The notes under the pieces are model-generated. The model searched no databases, had not been told where the DNA came from, and saw only the letters and a program-made list of their open reading frames with translations. DNA of 64,000 bases, from IMG/VR virus record IMGVR_UViG_3300031992_000029, positions 64,001 through 128,000 of that record, one strand, 5' to 3'. The position numbers and the translations under genes were made by a program. Shown here piece after piece: positions 62,801-64,000 of the stretch (the stretch's first letter is position 1; each line of letters begins with the position of its first letter). This stretch comes from a virus. Taxonomy: Duplodnaviria > Caudoviricetes.

Positions 62801-63034
62801 TCAGGCCGCTGCGTTGTCTGCCTTCTGCACGGACAGAAGGTAGCAAGACTCTGCGATGCCGAATTCCGCGAAAGTCTTGTCAAGAGCGCCGGGCTGAAGG
62901 GTGACGCCATCCAGCATCATGGCACCATGAGCATAATCGATACCATTGGTTTCAAGCGCCTGGCGGAGTGTAGTGCTGCTGTCAACGATAACATTTTTTC
63001 TTGTGGTGTTGTTTCCGAGGGTAACTCTGATCAT
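62801..63034 (-). CDS. Stand-alone ubiquitin-like (beta-grasp) protein
   Basis: 77 aa; strand-strand-helix 'TTLRQALE', 'LDG..L', 'DKTFAEFGI', C-terminal 'YLLSVQKADNAAA'. Confidence 0.75.
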   Translation of the reverse strand: MIRVTLGNNTTRKNVIVDSSTTLRQALETNGIDYAHGAMMLDGVTLQPGALDKTFAEFGIAESCYLLSVQKADNAAA

Positions 63035-63131
63035 ACTTTTACTTCCTTTCATTCAAAAGGAGCGGGTATTCCCCGCTCCACAACTGTATCTATATCGGAG
63101 CGAGCTATAAACTAACTCCGGTATTTACTTC

Positions 63132-63749
63132 TTAAGCGAGGGTAATCGCACCCTCGATCTCAGCCTTCTCTTTGCGTACCTCTTCAAGAACAGCCGGGAA
63201 GGTCGCCTCGATCTTATTGATGTTCAGAACGAGCCTGCCGTATGTGTCGGACAGATATGCCTTGATATCATCAACGTCGCTGGGAATGGAGACGGTAATG
63301 GTCGCCTTGCCGGAGCCGTCATGAGCCTCAGCGCCGAACTCAGCGCCTACCTTGTTGATGCTTCCCATTCCTGTTCCGAGCCCGATTGCGTAGACGAATT
63401 CCTTGCCGTCTTCACCGCCGAAGAGCTGCAGGGCATCGGGGCGATACTTTTTGATCATTTCGATGTCGGCCTTCTTTACGCCGGAGACGATTACTGCGGC
63501 CTGGCCTGCCGTCTTGATCTCCGCGGCGTTGTCTGCCTTCTGAACACTCAGAAGGTAGCAAGATTCCGCGATACCGAACTCAGCGAAGGTCTTATCGAGA
63601 GCGCCCGCCTGCAGGGTCACACCATCCAGCATCATGGCACCATGTGTGTAGTCCACACCGTTGGCCTCAAGTGCCTGACGAAGTGTGGTAGCGCTGTCGA
63701 CGATGACGTTTTTCCTCATTGTGTTGTTTCCGATAGTAACCTTAATCAT
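63132..63749 (-). CDS. Ubl domain fused to a ~130-aa C-terminal domain
   Basis: N-terminal ~76 aa nearly identical to 62801-63034. Confidence 0.75.
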   Translation of the reverse strand: MIKVTIGNNTMRKNVIVDSATTLRQALEANGVDYTHGAMMLDGVTLQAGALDKTFAEFGIAESCYLLSVQKADNAAEIKTAGQAAVIVSGVKKADIEMIKKYRPDALQLFGGEDGKEFVYAIGLGTGMGSINKVGAEFGAEAHDGSGKATITVSIPSDVDDIKAYLSDTYGRLVLNINKIEATFPAVLEEVRKEKAEIEGAITLA

Positions 63750-63875
63750 TTTTACTCCTTTCATTCAAAGGAGCGGGGTATTTCCCCGCTCCAAAAACAT
63801 TGTTATATCAACTGAGTGCCATAAGCCTTGGGCTACCGATTAAGCCGGGGTTCTCTGTGGACTCGTGTTGATCTC

Positions 63876-64000
63876 TTATGCGAGGGTGATTGCGCCCTCG
63901 ATCTCGGCCTTCTCCTTGCGGACTTCCTCAAGTACTGCCGGGAAGGTAGCCTCGATCTTGTTGACGTTCAGGACAGACCTGCCGTACTGGTCAGCGAGAT
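63876..64000 (-). CDS. 3' end of a second copy of the Ubl-fusion C-terminal domain (partial)
   Basis: Encodes '...YGRSVLNVNKIEATFPAVLEEVRKEKAEIEGAITLA*', matching 63132-63749. Confidence 0.8.
   Translation of the reverse strand, partial: LADQYGRSVLNVNKIEATFPAVLEEVRKEKAEIEGAITLA

Overview
This window looks like a 64 kb segment of a large, probably temperate, tailed phage of a Firmicutes (Clostridia-like) host. Almost everything from 1794 onward is on the minus strand. From left to right it carries: the end of a lysis cassette; a candidate attP and tyrosine integrase; NAD-salvage and nucleotide-metabolism genes (pncA/pncB, dUTPase, macrodomain, intein-containing class III RNR, ThyX-like, dNMP kinase); a replication module (DnaE, primase, DnaB, exonuclease, SSB, ERF); a tRNA cluster with several tRNA-like RNAs whose anticodon arms are rebuilt; a MazF + MrpR-like operon; IscS; and a large accessory region. 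Three things stand out in the accessory region. (1) A single retron-type reverse transcriptase (56763-57944) is accompanied by SIX dispersed retron-like ncRNAs (43072-58247). Each has its own terminal inverted repeat, a G at the branch position, and two conserved stem-loops (invariant core AGUUGU[A/G]AAC with covarying stems), but a different template region. (2) A tandem array of 32 small, mostly SH3/KOW-like genes starts at the RT stop codon; nearly all end in a shared acidic-hydrophobic tail that is also grafted onto unrelated proteins elsewhere. (3) A complete phage-encoded Ubl/E2/JAB/E1 operon lies just upstream of the RT, and its ubiquitin-like domains lack a Gly-Gly terminus. All calls come from reading the sequence by eye; no database searches or folding programs were run.
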